Assembly: GCF_000023965.1 (NCBI RefSeq)
Contig: NC_013202.1
Location: 3,030,001-3,062,000, forward strand
Direction of reading: 5' to 3'
Source: Halomicrobium mukohataei DSM 12286
Lineage (GTDB): Archaea > Halobacteriota > Halobacteria > Halobacteriales > Haloarculaceae
DNA: 32,000 bases
The notes beneath the pieces were generated by a model, which did no database searches, was not told where the DNA came from, and saw nothing but the letters and a program-made list of their open reading frames with translations. Both the position numbers and the translations under genes were made by a program. Of this stretch, positions 15,433 through 24,574 are shown one piece after another. Position 1 is the first letter of the stretch. Each line of letters begins with the position of its first letter.

Positions 15433-17043
15433 TCAGTCGTGTCGGAACGACCGCTGGCCGGTAAGGACCATCGCCACGTCGTGTTCGTTCGCGGCCTCGA
15501 TGACCATGTCGTCGTTCTTCGAGCCGCCCGGCTGGATGACCGCCTCGATGCCCGCCTCGGCGGCGGCTTCGAGGCCGTCCGGGAACGGGAAGAAGGCGTC
15601 GCTCGCCATGACCGCGCCGTCGGCGTCCTTGCCCTGGGCGTGCTCGTCGGCCTTCATCGCGGCGAGGCGGACGGCGTCGACCCGAGAGACCTGGCCCATC
15701 CCGATGCCGACCGTCTCCGTGCCCTTGGCAAAGAGGATGCCGTTCGATTTCACGTGCTTGAGCGTGTGCCAGGCGAACAGCATCGACTCGATCTGCTCGT
15801 CGGTGGGCTCGCGGTCGGTGACGACTTCGAGGTCGTCGGCCGTGAGGTGCTGGGTGTCCCGCTCCTGGACGAGGCGGCCGCCGACGAGTGGTTTCTCCGT
15901 GATCGGCTCGGTCACGTCGTAGTTTTCCGGCCGGCCGGACTCGCCCGTCCGGCCGTCTCCAACGTCCAGCACGCGCAGGTTCTCCTTCTGGAAGAGCACG
16001 TCGAGCGCGTCGTCGGTGTAGCCCGGCGCGACGACGATCTCCTTGAAGGAGTCGACGATCTGCTCGGCCGTGGCAACGTCGCACTCGCGGTTCAGCGCGA
16101 CGATGCCGCCGAAGGCGCTCTGGGGGTCCGTCGAGAGGGCCCGCTCGTAGGCCTCGGCGACGGAGTCGGCGGTCGCACAGCCGGCGGGATTGGTGTGCTT
16201 GATGACGGCGGCGGCCGGCTCGTCGAACTCCTTGATCAGATTCAGGGCTCCGTCGGCGTCGTTGTAGTTGTTGTAGCTGAGTGCCTTCGCGCCCTCGTTG
16301 AGCTGGTCGGCGTGGACGACGCTGGCCTCTTCGGTCGTCCGGTCGGCGTACACCGCGGCGTCCTGATGCGGGTTCTCCCCGTAGCGCAGGTCGGCGGTGC
16401 GGTCGTTGCTGACGAGCCGGCGCGCGGGGAACGGACCGCCGTCGTCGCCCTCGACGGTGACGCTGTGGGCGTCCCAGTCGACGGTGACGCGGTCCTCTGC
16501 GAACCACTCGATCGCGCGCGGATACGCAGTGAACTCGCCCTCGTAGAGGACGCGCTCTTTGAGGTCGGCCACGTCGTCGCCGTCGTACACCGGGATCGGT
16601 TCCTGCGTGACGATCGGGCCGTCGTCGACCTCCTCGTCGACGACGTGGACGGTACAGCCGGTGGTCTTGACTCCGGCGTCGAGCACCTGCTCGTGGGCGT
16701 CCATGCCCGGGAAGGCGGGCAGCAGCGACGGGTGGACGTTCAGCGTCGTGGGCACCTCGTCGAGGAACGTCTCCGTGAGGACTCGCATGTAGCCGTCCAG
16801 ACAGACCAGATCGAAGTCGTACTCCTCGATGGCGTCCAGCACGCGCAGTTCGTGGGCTTCCCGCTCCTGGTCGTCGGGGCGCTCGACGACCTCGGTGGGA
16901 ATGTCGCGCTCGGCGGCGGCCTCTATGACGGGCGCGTCGGCGTCGTTCGTGAGCACGACCGCGAGCTCCGCTCCACCGGGCGCGCGGTCGGCGACGTTCA
17001 TCAGGTTGCGGCCACGGTTGCTGGCCAGACCGGCGATTTTCAT
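15433..17043 (-). CDS. purNH: Fusion of phosphoribosylglycinamide formyltransferase (PurN) and the AICAR formyltransferase domain of PurH
   Basis: The N-terminus MKIAGLASNRGRNL...NVHPSLLPAFPG...TGCTVH is PurN-like. The C-terminus GENPHQ, LSYNNYNDADGA, VIKHTNPAG, FGGIVALN, GGRLVQ, SDAFFPF, VIQPGGS is the AICARFT part of PurH. No MGS-like IMP cyclohydrolase domain is present. The start is set at ATG 17043 (MKIAG), with aattacttt (complement of 17069-17077) 26-34 nt upstream. Confidence 0.9.
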   Translation of the reverse strand: MKIAGLASNRGRNLMNVADRAPGGAELAVVLTNDADAPVIEAAAERDIPTEVVERPDDQEREAHELRVLDAIEEYDFDLVCLDGYMRVLTETFLDEVPTTLNVHPSLLPAFPGMDAHEQVLDAGVKTTGCTVHVVDEEVDDGPIVTQEPIPVYDGDDVADLKERVLYEGEFTAYPRAIEWFAEDRVTVDWDAHSVTVEGDDGGPFPARRLVSNDRTADLRYGENPHQDAAVYADRTTEEASVVHADQLNEGAKALSYNNYNDADGALNLIKEFDEPAAAVIKHTNPAGCATADSVAEAYERALSTDPQSAFGGIVALNRECDVATAEQIVDSFKEIVVAPGYTDDALDVLFQKENLRVLDVGDGRTGESGRPENYDVTEPITEKPLVGGRLVQERDTQHLTADDLEVVTDREPTDEQIESMLFAWHTLKHVKSNGILFAKGTETVGIGMGQVSRVDAVRLAAMKADEHAQGKDADGAVMASDAFFPFPDGLEAAAEAGIEAVIQPGGSKNDDMVIEAANEHDVAMVLTGQRSFRHD

Positions 17044-17154
17044 GGTCGAGAGGGCGCGGCGGGCGCGCAAAGTAATTGCGGTGTCGGAATGACACAATCG
17101 ACACGGTTCGGCTCGACAGTAACGCTTTCAGGGACCGCCGCCGAGCGACGTGAT

Positions 17155-17718
17155 ATGACCGAAGCTGAGCGCCCGTGGGCACAGCTGGCGCTCGCCGTCG
17201 GCGGCCTCTGCTGGATCGGCTGGAGCCTGGCGACGATCGTCACCGGATCCGCCGACGGATCCGTCCGGCTCCTCGTCGGCGCGTCCGGATTCGTACTGGC
17301 GGTCGGACTGCTCGGCGTCGTCCTCCGGCTTCCCTGGATCTACCAGTTCCCCGGCGGCGAGGGCTGTGGGTTCGCACTGCTGGGCGGCCTCGCCTTCGCC
17401 GTCGGCCAGTGGTCGAGGGTGCTGCTGGGCGGGACCGGGTGGTTCGCCGAGGGCATCGTCGCGCTGGGCGTCCTCGGACTGTCCGGCGGGACCGTCCTGC
17501 TGGCCGCCGGTGTCGTCCGGGCTCGCCGGGTCCCGCCCTGGCTCGGCGTCGCCCTGCTCGTCGGAACCGTACTGTTTCTCGGGTTCGGGAACGGGGACGG
17601 GCTGCGTGCGTGGCTCGCACCGCCGCTGGGCCTGGCGTGGCTCGCGCTCGGGGGCTACCTCCTCCGGTACCCGGAGCAGCCCTCGGGCCACCTCGAACCC
17701 AGCGCGATCAGCCGGTGA
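17155..17718 (+). CDS. Hypothetical polytopic membrane protein (187 aa, G/L/W-rich, roughly 5-6 TM)
   Basis: This is the real 3' portion of the chimeric track ORF 15439-17718. From ATG 17155 it reads MTEAERPWAQLALAVGGLCWIGWSLATIV... and is strongly hydrophobic throughout. No domain recognised. Confidence 0.6.
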   Translation: MTEAERPWAQLALAVGGLCWIGWSLATIVTGSADGSVRLLVGASGFVLAVGLLGVVLRLPWIYQFPGGEGCGFALLGGLAFAVGQWSRVLLGGTGWFAEGIVALGVLGLSGGTVLLAAGVVRARRVPPWLGVALLVGTVLFLGFGNGDGLRAWLAPPLGLAWLALGGYLLRYPEQPSGHLEPSAISR

Positions 17719-17765
17719 CCTCGTCCAGCGAAAGACATTCTACGGCGGCCAGTGATAGCCGAGTC

Positions 17766-18755
17766 ATGCCCGACCGTGATCCCGTACAGGAAAGACTGGC
17801 CGGCGAGGACCTCTACGACGTGGCCGAGTGGGACGCTCGATCGCTGTTGGATCGATTCTCCGTGGCGCTGTACGGCCTCTTACACGCGAGTCGTCGCTGG
17901 GCGCTGCTGATCGTCGCGCTGGTCCTGTTCGTCGTCCAGCTCGGGTTCGCCGGCCTGCTGGTCGTGCGCGAGCCGAACCTCGGCGTCCTAGCGCTGCTGT
18001 CTGCCGTCCCGGCGGTCGCGCTCGTCGCGTACGTCTGGTACGGCGACCCGACTCGGCGGGAACCGATCGACACGCTGGCGATCACGTTCGTCCTCGCGGT
18101 CGTCTTCGCGGCGATCGCAGCACTGATCAACACGCTGTTGAGCGGCGTCTTCGAACTGATCCCGATCGTCGGCCTCCCGCTCTTTTTCTTCCTCGTGGTC
18201 GGCCCCATCGAGGAGACCGTCAAGTGGCTCGCGATCCGGACCTACGCCTACGAGACCGAGAGCTTCGACGCCGTCGTCGACGGGGCGGTGTACGGTGCCG
18301 TCGCCGGACTCGGCTTCGCGACGATCGAGAACGCCCTCTACATCGCGCAGGGCTACCTACAGGCCGCCAGCCTCGGTGAGATGGTACAGCTCCAGCAGGC
18401 CATCGGCACCTCGCTGAGCCGATCGCTCGTGGGGCCGGGCCACGTGCTGTACTCCGCGTTCGCCGGCTACTACCTCGGACTGGCGAAGTTCAACCCCGAC
18501 AATCGCGGGCCGATCGTGGTCAAGGGGATCGTCGTGGCGGCGCTGATCCACGGGGCGTACAACACGCTCGTTTCGACGCTGCCCTCGATCCTCCCCTGGA
18601 ACATCGTGACGCTGCTGGCCTTCGTCGTCGTCTTCGACGGCGTCGTCGGCTACGCGCTGTACCGGAAGCTATCGCGCTATCGGTCGTACTACGCCCGAGC
18701 GAACGAGGCGACGGACGCAGTGACCGAGACGGGCGACGGTCCCGCCGAACCCTGA
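17766..18755 (+). CDS. PrsW-family intramembrane metalloprotease
   Basis: A polytopic protein with the PrsW signature elements GPIEETVKW (EExxK), GLGFATIEN (FATxEN) and HGAYN (HxxxN). ATG 17766 lies within track ORF 17175-18755. Confidence 0.85.
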   Translation: MPDRDPVQERLAGEDLYDVAEWDARSLLDRFSVALYGLLHASRRWALLIVALVLFVVQLGFAGLLVVREPNLGVLALLSAVPAVALVAYVWYGDPTRREPIDTLAITFVLAVVFAAIAALINTLLSGVFELIPIVGLPLFFFLVVGPIEETVKWLAIRTYAYETESFDAVVDGAVYGAVAGLGFATIENALYIAQGYLQAASLGEMVQLQQAIGTSLSRSLVGPGHVLYSAFAGYYLGLAKFNPDNRGPIVVKGIVVAALIHGAYNTLVSTLPSILPWNIVTLLAFVVVFDGVVGYALYRKLSRYRSYYARANEATDAVTETGDGPAEP

Positions 18756-18793
18756 TCGACACGCTTTTTCGCCGGCCTCGCACATCCCTCGGT

Positions 18794-20176
18794 ATGACTG
18801 ACCGGGGTCCACTCGACGCCGTCTCGCCGCTCGACGGCCGCTACGCTCGTTACACGGAACCGCTCGTGCCCTACGCCAGCGAGCGCGCGCTGATGCGCGC
18901 TCGCGTCCGGGTCGAAGTCGAGTACCTGCTCGCGCTGGCCGATCTCGACGCGACGCCGCTGACGATCGACGCGGCCCAGCGCGACCACCTGCGAAACTGC
19001 TACGAGGCCTTCGACGAGGAGGACGCGGCCCTCGTCAAGCAACTCGAAACGGAGGGGTACGGCGAGTACGCCGCGACCAACCACGACGTGAAAGCCGTCG
19101 AGTACTTCGTTCGCCTCCACCTCCCCGACGGACTGGACGCGGCCAACTGGATCCACTTCGGACTCACCAGCGAGGACGTGAACAACCTCGCTCACCGGCT
19201 GCTGGTCGGTCCGGCCGTCGAGGACGTGCTCGTCCCGGAACTGCGCGCCGTCCGGGACCGCCTGGTCGCGTTCGCTCACGACTACGGCGACCTCCCGATG
19301 CTGGCCCGCACCCACGGACAGCCCGCGACGCCGACGACCTTCGGCAAGGAGATGGCCGTCTACGCCTCGCGGCTGGGGAGAGCCATCGCGCGGATCGAAG
19401 CCGCGGCCGACGACCTCTCGGGCAAGCTGGCCGGCGCGTCCGGCACCTACGCCGCTCACCACGCCGCGTATCCCGAGGTGGACTGGCCCGCCGTCTCCGA
19501 GGCGTTCGTCGCGGACCTCGGGCTGGAACACGAACCGCTGACGACGCAGGTCAACCCCTGTGACGACCTCGAAGCCGTCTTCGACGCGGTCCGCGGAGCC
19601 AACAACGTCCTCCGGGACCTCGACCTCGACATGTGGCTCTACGTCTCCGATCGCTACCTCGGACAGGAGGCCGTCGAGGGCGAGACCGGCTCCTCGACGA
19701 TGCCCCACAAGGTGAATCCGATCGACTTCGAGAACAGCGAGGGGAACCTCACGAAGGCGAACTCGGACCTGACCTTCCTCGGGGACTACGTCACCACCTC
19801 CCGGCTCCAGCGGGACCTCTCTGACTCGACGGTCAAGCGCAACATCGGGTCGGCGTTCGCCTACTGTCTGATCGCCTACCAGAAGTGTCAGAGCGGCCTG
19901 GACAAGGTCGTCCCCAACGAGCGGGTCATGCGCGAGGAGCTCGAATCGACCCCCGAGATCGTCGGCGAGGCCGTCCAGACGATCCTCCGGCGCGAGGGCC
20001 ACGACGACGCCTACGAGCAGGTGAAGAAAGCGACGCGGGGCAAGTCCGTCACTATCGAGGACTTCCGGGAGATGATCGCGGGCCTGGACGTGAGCGAGTC
20101 CGTCCGCGAGGAACTGCTCGCCGTGACGCCCACGGGCTACACCGGCGTCGCCGACGAACTGGCCGACGACGTGTAG
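18794..20176 (+). CDS. purB: Adenylosuccinate lyase
   Basis: 460 aa. It contains SPLDGRY, fumarate-lyase family signatures (GSSTMPHKVNP) and the typical PurB C-terminal domain. Confidence 0.95.
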   Translation: MTDRGPLDAVSPLDGRYARYTEPLVPYASERALMRARVRVEVEYLLALADLDATPLTIDAAQRDHLRNCYEAFDEEDAALVKQLETEGYGEYAATNHDVKAVEYFVRLHLPDGLDAANWIHFGLTSEDVNNLAHRLLVGPAVEDVLVPELRAVRDRLVAFAHDYGDLPMLARTHGQPATPTTFGKEMAVYASRLGRAIARIEAAADDLSGKLAGASGTYAAHHAAYPEVDWPAVSEAFVADLGLEHEPLTTQVNPCDDLEAVFDAVRGANNVLRDLDLDMWLYVSDRYLGQEAVEGETGSSTMPHKVNPIDFENSEGNLTKANSDLTFLGDYVTTSRLQRDLSDSTVKRNIGSAFAYCLIAYQKCQSGLDKVVPNERVMREELESTPEIVGEAVQTILRREGHDDAYEQVKKATRGKSVTIEDFREMIAGLDVSESVREELLAVTPTGYTGVADELADDV

Positions 20177-20263
20177 GCACGAGCGCGGTTCTCCGATCAC
20201 CGCACACGGCACAGCCCCGAGACGCTGGTCGCTAGCGTCGACTGACGCTGGGCGGTCGCGCGA

Positions 20264-20716
20264 TCAGTCCTGTGCCGTCGCGCCGCGGCTCTCGTAGTCC
20301 ACGTCGGGACGAGTCTCCAGATTCTCGATCGCCTCGATCCGGTCGGTCCGCTCCATCTGCTCGTAGACGCTGCGCCAGACCGCGGCCTCCTCGTACATGC
20401 TGACTGCCCTCAGGAGAGCGATCCCCTCACCCGTGACGGCGTAGAACGTCGTCGGCGGATCGTCGACGCTCTTGGCGCGCGGGACCGGGATCTTCTCGAC
20501 GATGCCGCGGTCGACGAGCTCGTCGACGTGGTACCGGAGGTTGGCCTCGGTCTCGTCGGGGTTGCGGTAGAGAAGCTCCTCGACGGAGAGGACGCCGTCG
20601 GGCTGGGCGAGGATCTGGTGGAGGACGTCGAGGCGAGTCTCGTGGAGGACGAAGCGCCGTCGCTCCAGTTCGTCCCCGAAGCCGTTCGGTCGCTCGCCGC
20701 GGTCTTGCGTCGCCAT
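20264..20716 (-). CDS. Winged-helix (ArsR/PadR-like) transcriptional regulator, 150 aa
   Basis: MATQDRGERPNG...FVLHETRLDVLHQILAQPDGVLSVEELLYRNPDETEANLRYHVDELVDRGIVEKI...FYAVTGEGIALL. This is the only plausible part of track ORF 20264-21763; the remainder is antisense to real plus-strand genes. Confidence 0.75.
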   Translation of the reverse strand: MATQDRGERPNGFGDELERRRFVLHETRLDVLHQILAQPDGVLSVEELLYRNPDETEANLRYHVDELVDRGIVEKIPVPRAKSVDDPPTTFYAVTGEGIALLRAVSMYEEAAVWRSVYEQMERTDRIEAIENLETRPDVDYESRGATAQD

Positions 20717-20840
20717 GTCTAGTCGGTGCCGTTCCTCGCCGATAAGCGTTCTGGTCAGTACTGGACCGTTGTAGTCGTCACTACACTGGTAAAGTCGTTC
20801 TGAGAGCGTCGACGACCGACGAGGACCGGACCAGCCACGG

Positions 20841-20847
20841 TTATATA
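20841..20847 (+). promoter_or_regulatory. TATA box ttatata 23-29 nt upstream of the ATG at 20870
   Basis: ggttatatacc is the only AT-rich element in the 153-bp divergent spacer. The spacing fits a leaderless transcript. Confidence 0.55.
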
Positions 20848-20869
20848 CCGCCCCGCCGACCGCGAAAGC

Positions 20870-21484
20870 ATGAGCGGGCCGAGCTTCGACGGGCAAGAGG
20901 TCCTCGACGAGACGCTGTCCTTCCTCGGGAGTCTCCCACCCGAGCAGATCACGGCGATGCGGGACGCGGTGTACGGCGACCTCGGCCGCTACGAGGAAGC
21001 CGACTGCACGTACTTCGTACTGGGCAACTACGACGAGTACGAGAAAGAGCGCGTCCTGTCGGTTCGTGACTCTCTGACCGACTCTGCGGCCGGCCGAGTC
21101 GCGTTCACGCTGGAGGATATCGATCCCGGCGTCGACGCCTGGCAGAACTTCTACGTGAAGTTCCGGGTGTTCGCCCGGCGGGCAGATCACATCGTCCTCG
21201 TCGCCGAAGACAACGACGGGGGGCACAAACTGGAGCTGGGCGAGGTGGATCGCGAGCGGCTGTACGTCCTCAAGCGAGACTACGACGGGGCGTCGCTCGA
21301 TCCGCCGGACGACGACGAGCGATCGGCCGCCGACCCGGCGTTTGGCGACCTCGACTACGAGCGCTTCGACGCGATGATGCTGACGCTGTTTGCCTACCTC
21401 GACGACGAGGGACGACTGTTCACCTGGGCCAGCGAGAGCGGGCTCGCCCGTGCCGTCGACCGCGTGCTCGCCGAGACAATCTGA
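20870..21484 (+). CDS. Conserved-looking hypothetical acidic protein (204 aa) with an alpha/beta pattern; function unknown
   Basis: An acidic, halophile-like protein with a good promoter. Alternating beta/alpha pattern: CTYFVLGNY - EYEKERVLSVRDSL - RVAFTLEDID - WQNFYVKFRVF - HIVLVAEDNDGGHKLELGEV - LYVLKRDY. I do not recognise the family. Confidence 0.7.
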   Translation: MSGPSFDGQEVLDETLSFLGSLPPEQITAMRDAVYGDLGRYEEADCTYFVLGNYDEYEKERVLSVRDSLTDSAAGRVAFTLEDIDPGVDAWQNFYVKFRVFARRADHIVLVAEDNDGGHKLELGEVDRERLYVLKRDYDGASLDPPDDDERSAADPAFGDLDYERFDAMMLTLFAYLDDEGRLFTWASESGLARAVDRVLAETI

Positions 21485-21530
21485 CAGTCGAGCACAATCC
21501 TCACGGGGTTCGGGACCGACTGGCTGGTAG

Positions 21531-22859
21531 ATGGTACTGGACACGGACGGTCGCGTCCTGACACTGGCGTTCGCGCGGATGGCCGACGCGCTGGGCAACT
21601 CCTTTCTGATCATCGTCCTGCCGCTGTACATAGCCAGCGGCCAGATCTCGCTGTCGGGCATCGCCGGCACGGAGATCCTCGGCTTCGTCCTGCGCGAGGA
21701 GACGCTGATCGGGCTCGTGCTCTCCCTGTTCGGTCTGCTGAACAGCTTCGGCCAGCCGTTCACCGGGCGGCTCTCCGACCGGACCGGCCGGCGGCGCGTG
21801 TTCGTCCTGACGGGACTGGCGATCTTCGCCGTCGGCAGCGCGACCTACCCGTTCGTCACGAGCTACTGGTCGGTGCTCGGGGCACGTGCGCTCCAGGGGA
21901 TCGGCGCGGCCTTTACCGTGCCGGCCACGGTCGCGCTGGTCAACGACTACGCGGCCAGCGACCGCGAACGGGGCGGCAACTTCGGCGTGTTCAACACCTT
22001 CCGGCTGATCGGCTTCGGCTTCGGGCCGATCGTCGCCGGAGTCGTCATCACGGGCGGGCTGGCCGCCGAGACCGTCGTCAGCTACGCGCTCCCGGCCTGG
22101 CTCGGCCCCCTGGCCGGCCTCAGGTTCTCCGGGTTCGTCGCCGCCTTCGCCGTCGCCGTCCTCGGAGCGGTCGTCAGTTTCGTGCTCGTCGTCGCTCTGA
22201 TCGCGGACCCGCCGAAAGTCGTCGGCGGGGCGGGCAAAGACCTCTCCATCGCGGTCCGCGACCGCGACGGAAACGGGCTCGATCCCGTCTTCGTCCTCGG
22301 CGTCGGGACCTTCTTCATGGCCACGACGATCGCGCTGTTCGCCACCCTGGAGGGGCCGATCCGCGCGCGACTGGACGAGACGACGTTCCTCTTTTCGGTG
22401 CAGTTCGCCGCGGTCGTCATCGCCAACGTCGTCTTCCAGATCCCCATCGGGCGCGCCTCGGACGTGTACGGTCGCCGCCCGTTCATCATCGCGGGCTTCG
22501 TCGTCCTGATCCCCGCCGTGTTCGCGCAAGGCGTCGTCACGGGACCGTGGACGATGCTCGCGGCCAGACTGCTCCAGGGCGTCGCCGTCGCGCTCGTGTT
22601 CGCGCCGTCGCTCGCGCTGGCTGGCGATCTCGCCGGGGACCGCGGGTCGGGGACGACGCTGTCGGTGCTGACGATGGCGTTCGGACTCGGCGTCGCACTC
22701 GGGCCACTCGCTTCCGGCGTGCTGTACAACCTCGGCGGTCTCGTCGCGCCGTTTAGCTTCGGTGCCGTCCTGGCCGTGTTCGCGCTCCTCTTGACCTACT
22801 TCGAAGTCGAGGACACGCTGGAGACCGGTCGGGCCAGTGAGCCAGTGCCACAGGAGTGA
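21531..22859 (+). CDS. MFS transporter (12 TM, drug/H+ antiporter-like)
   Basis: 442 aa. MFS motif A-like GRLSDRTGRRRVF between TM2 and TM3, and a second-half equivalent GRASDVYGRRPF. Hydrophobic throughout. Confidence 0.85.
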   Translation: MVLDTDGRVLTLAFARMADALGNSFLIIVLPLYIASGQISLSGIAGTEILGFVLREETLIGLVLSLFGLLNSFGQPFTGRLSDRTGRRRVFVLTGLAIFAVGSATYPFVTSYWSVLGARALQGIGAAFTVPATVALVNDYAASDRERGGNFGVFNTFRLIGFGFGPIVAGVVITGGLAAETVVSYALPAWLGPLAGLRFSGFVAAFAVAVLGAVVSFVLVVALIADPPKVVGGAGKDLSIAVRDRDGNGLDPVFVLGVGTFFMATTIALFATLEGPIRARLDETTFLFSVQFAAVVIANVVFQIPIGRASDVYGRRPFIIAGFVVLIPAVFAQGVVTGPWTMLAARLLQGVAVALVFAPSLALAGDLAGDRGSGTTLSVLTMAFGLGVALGPLASGVLYNLGGLVAPFSFGAVLAVFALLLTYFEVEDTLETGRASEPVPQE

Positions 22860-22874
22860 GATACTCATAAAACA

Positions 22875-22888
22875 CCGGATGCATCCGG
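22875..22888. repeat. Perfect 14-nt palindrome ccggatgcatccgg just downstream of the MFS stop
   Basis: Read directly from the sequence. It could be a short terminator hairpin or an operator in front of the hydrolase gene. Confidence 0.4.
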
Positions 22889-22925
22889 GAGCAGCCTCAG
22901 ACGGCTCGCAGTCAACTGTCACACG

Positions 22926-23810
22926 ATGACCGCATCCTCGACAGCCATCAGGGGGAGACGCGACGCCGACCCCACGACGACGATCTCGCTGAGCGGCGGC
23001 CGTCGACTCAGATACGCGGCGTACGGCCGTTCCGACGGGACGCCCGTGCTGTTCTTGCACGGGACCCCCGGCTCGTACAGGCTCGGCTCGCTGTTCGACG
23101 CGGCCGCACGAGAACGGGGGGTCAGGCTCATCGCGCCAGACCGGCCGGGCTACGGCGGCTCGACGGCGTGGTCCGACCGGACGATCAGCGACGCCGACCG
23201 CTACCTCCGTGCGATCCTCGACGACGCGAACGTCCAGCGAGCCGGGCTGATAGCCTTTTCCGGCGGCGCGCCACACGCACTGGCGATGGCCACGCAGTGC
23301 CCCGACATCGTCTCTCGGATCGACCTCGTCGCCGGGGCGACACCGCCGGACGTGACCGGCGAGACACCCACGACACAGCGGCTCCTCGGTGGGCTGGCGA
23401 CCAGGACGCCGACGCTGCTCGCTGGCCTCCTGCGCGGACAGGCGTGGCTCGCCGAGCGTCTCGACCCGTCGTTCGTCGTCGCACAGTACACCGCGGGCGA
23501 CGCGGACGAGTCGGTCTCCGAGGAAGTGGCGACGACCGTCGAGGCCGACTTTCTCGAAGCGCTCGCACACACCACGAGCGGCACCGTCACGGACCTCCGG
23601 ACCGCGGCCACGGAGTGGGCGCTCGACTACGAGGCGCTGGCCGCCGACGTGCGTCTCTGGCACGGGACCGCGGACACGAACGTCCCGATAGCGAGCGTGC
23701 GAGCGTTCGAGGACCGACTCCCGACCGCGACGATCGAGACGGTCGACGGTGCCGACCACCTGCGGACGCTCCTTCGAGCGGTGCCGGCAGCACTTGAGGA
23801 GTATCGATGA
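22926..23810 (+). CDS. Alpha/beta-fold hydrolase
   Basis: Oxyanion-region motif LFLHGTPGS, nucleophile elbow IAFSGGA (GxSxG-like), late acid WHGTADTNVP and His in DGADHL. Confidence 0.8.
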   Translation: MTASSTAIRGRRDADPTTTISLSGGRRLRYAAYGRSDGTPVLFLHGTPGSYRLGSLFDAAARERGVRLIAPDRPGYGGSTAWSDRTISDADRYLRAILDDANVQRAGLIAFSGGAPHALAMATQCPDIVSRIDLVAGATPPDVTGETPTTQRLLGGLATRTPTLLAGLLRGQAWLAERLDPSFVVAQYTAGDADESVSEEVATTVEADFLEALAHTTSGTVTDLRTAATEWALDYEALAADVRLWHGTADTNVPIASVRAFEDRLPTATIETVDGADHLRTLLRAVPAALEEYR

Positions 23811-23882
23811 CCGCGGCAGGCGTCGTCCGGGCGGCCGCGTGAGGTCTTTATGCCGGACGGACGAACGGCGGCCAACGGCCGC

Positions 23883-24527
23883 ATGAAACGGATCCAGTTC
23901 TCGGTCACGTACCCAGATCGGCTCCGTCACCCCCTCCAGAGCCACCTCGAAGGCGACGGGCCGCTCACGCGAGCCGAGCTGTTGCTGTGGAGTCCGACGG
24001 CGGACGCGACGACGCTGTGCTGGTTCGACGGCGGGCCGGCGGCCGTCGAGCGCGCGGTCGCGACGATCGACTCGCTGGAGACGACCAGCCACGTTCGGGA
24101 CGGCGACGGGACCTACGTCTACCTCCAGCAGGACGGGTTCGAGTTTCCCGACGTGGTGCTGGACCTGATCGCCGACGCCGCGGTGATCTTCCGCCCGCCG
24201 GTGGTGTTTCGCGACGACGGGACGATCTCGTTCGAGGCCGTCGGCGAGACGAGCGCCTTCAGCGCCTTTCACGACGCACTCGCGGCGGTCGGGGATCTCT
24301 CGATCGAGCGGGTCCGGCCGTTCGAACGCTCCAGTCGCCCCGCACGGCTCACCGATCGACAGCGAGCGGCCATCGAGGCGGCGGTGGCGGTCGGCTACTA
24401 CGAGATCCCGCGCGAGGGCACGATCGGGGACGTGGCGGCGCGACTCGACTGCGCGACCAGCACGGCGGGCGAACTCGTTCGGAAGGCCGAGGCCGCGGTC
24501 GTCGAGGGCGTCGTCGACCGCCAGTAG
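23883..24527 (+). CDS. Bat-type HTH_10 DNA-binding regulator (about 214 aa)
   Basis: The C-terminus LTDRQRAAIEAAVAVGYYEIPREGTIGDVAARLDCATSTAGELVRKAEAAVV is a typical HTH_10. ATG 23883 (MKRIQFSVTYP) is preferred over 23850. Confidence 0.8.
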   Translation: MKRIQFSVTYPDRLRHPLQSHLEGDGPLTRAELLLWSPTADATTLCWFDGGPAAVERAVATIDSLETTSHVRDGDGTYVYLQQDGFEFPDVVLDLIADAAVIFRPPVVFRDDGTISFEAVGETSAFSAFHDALAAVGDLSIERVRPFERSSRPARLTDRQRAAIEAAVAVGYYEIPREGTIGDVAARLDCATSTAGELVRKAEAAVVEGVVDRQ

Positions 24528-24574
24528 CTATCGACACCCCCACCCTGAAGCGGCCGGCTGCCGTAGTCGTCCAC

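Noticed and set aside
15254-17182. 642-aa minus-strand ORF, and the 15439-17154 part of the 759-aa plus-strand ORF
   Set aside because: These are an alternative frame and the antisense of purNH. The translations are poly-Arg or Val/Gly-rich. Only the 17155-17718 tail of the plus ORF is a plausible membrane protein.
18756-18793. T-run (cgctttttcgcc) between PrsW and purB as a possible terminator or TATA
   Set aside because: The spacer is too short (38 nt) and has no stem-loop. I cannot distinguish read-through, a terminator or a promoter from sequence alone.
18689-20212. 507-aa minus-strand ORF opposite purB
   Set aside because: It is antisense to an unmistakable adenylosuccinate lyase and has no motifs of its own.
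20717-21763. N-terminal 349 codons of the 499-aa minus-strand ORF 20264-21763
   Set aside because: This portion is antisense to the 204-aa gene and the MFS start. Only the final 150 codons (from ATG 20716) look like a real wHTH protein, and the 20717-20869 region contains the divergent promoter.
21501-24272. 923-aa minus-strand ORF spanning the MFS, hydrolase and HTH_10 genes
   Set aside because: The translation is extremely Arg/Asp/Gly-rich with no domains. The plus strand carries three well-supported genes here.
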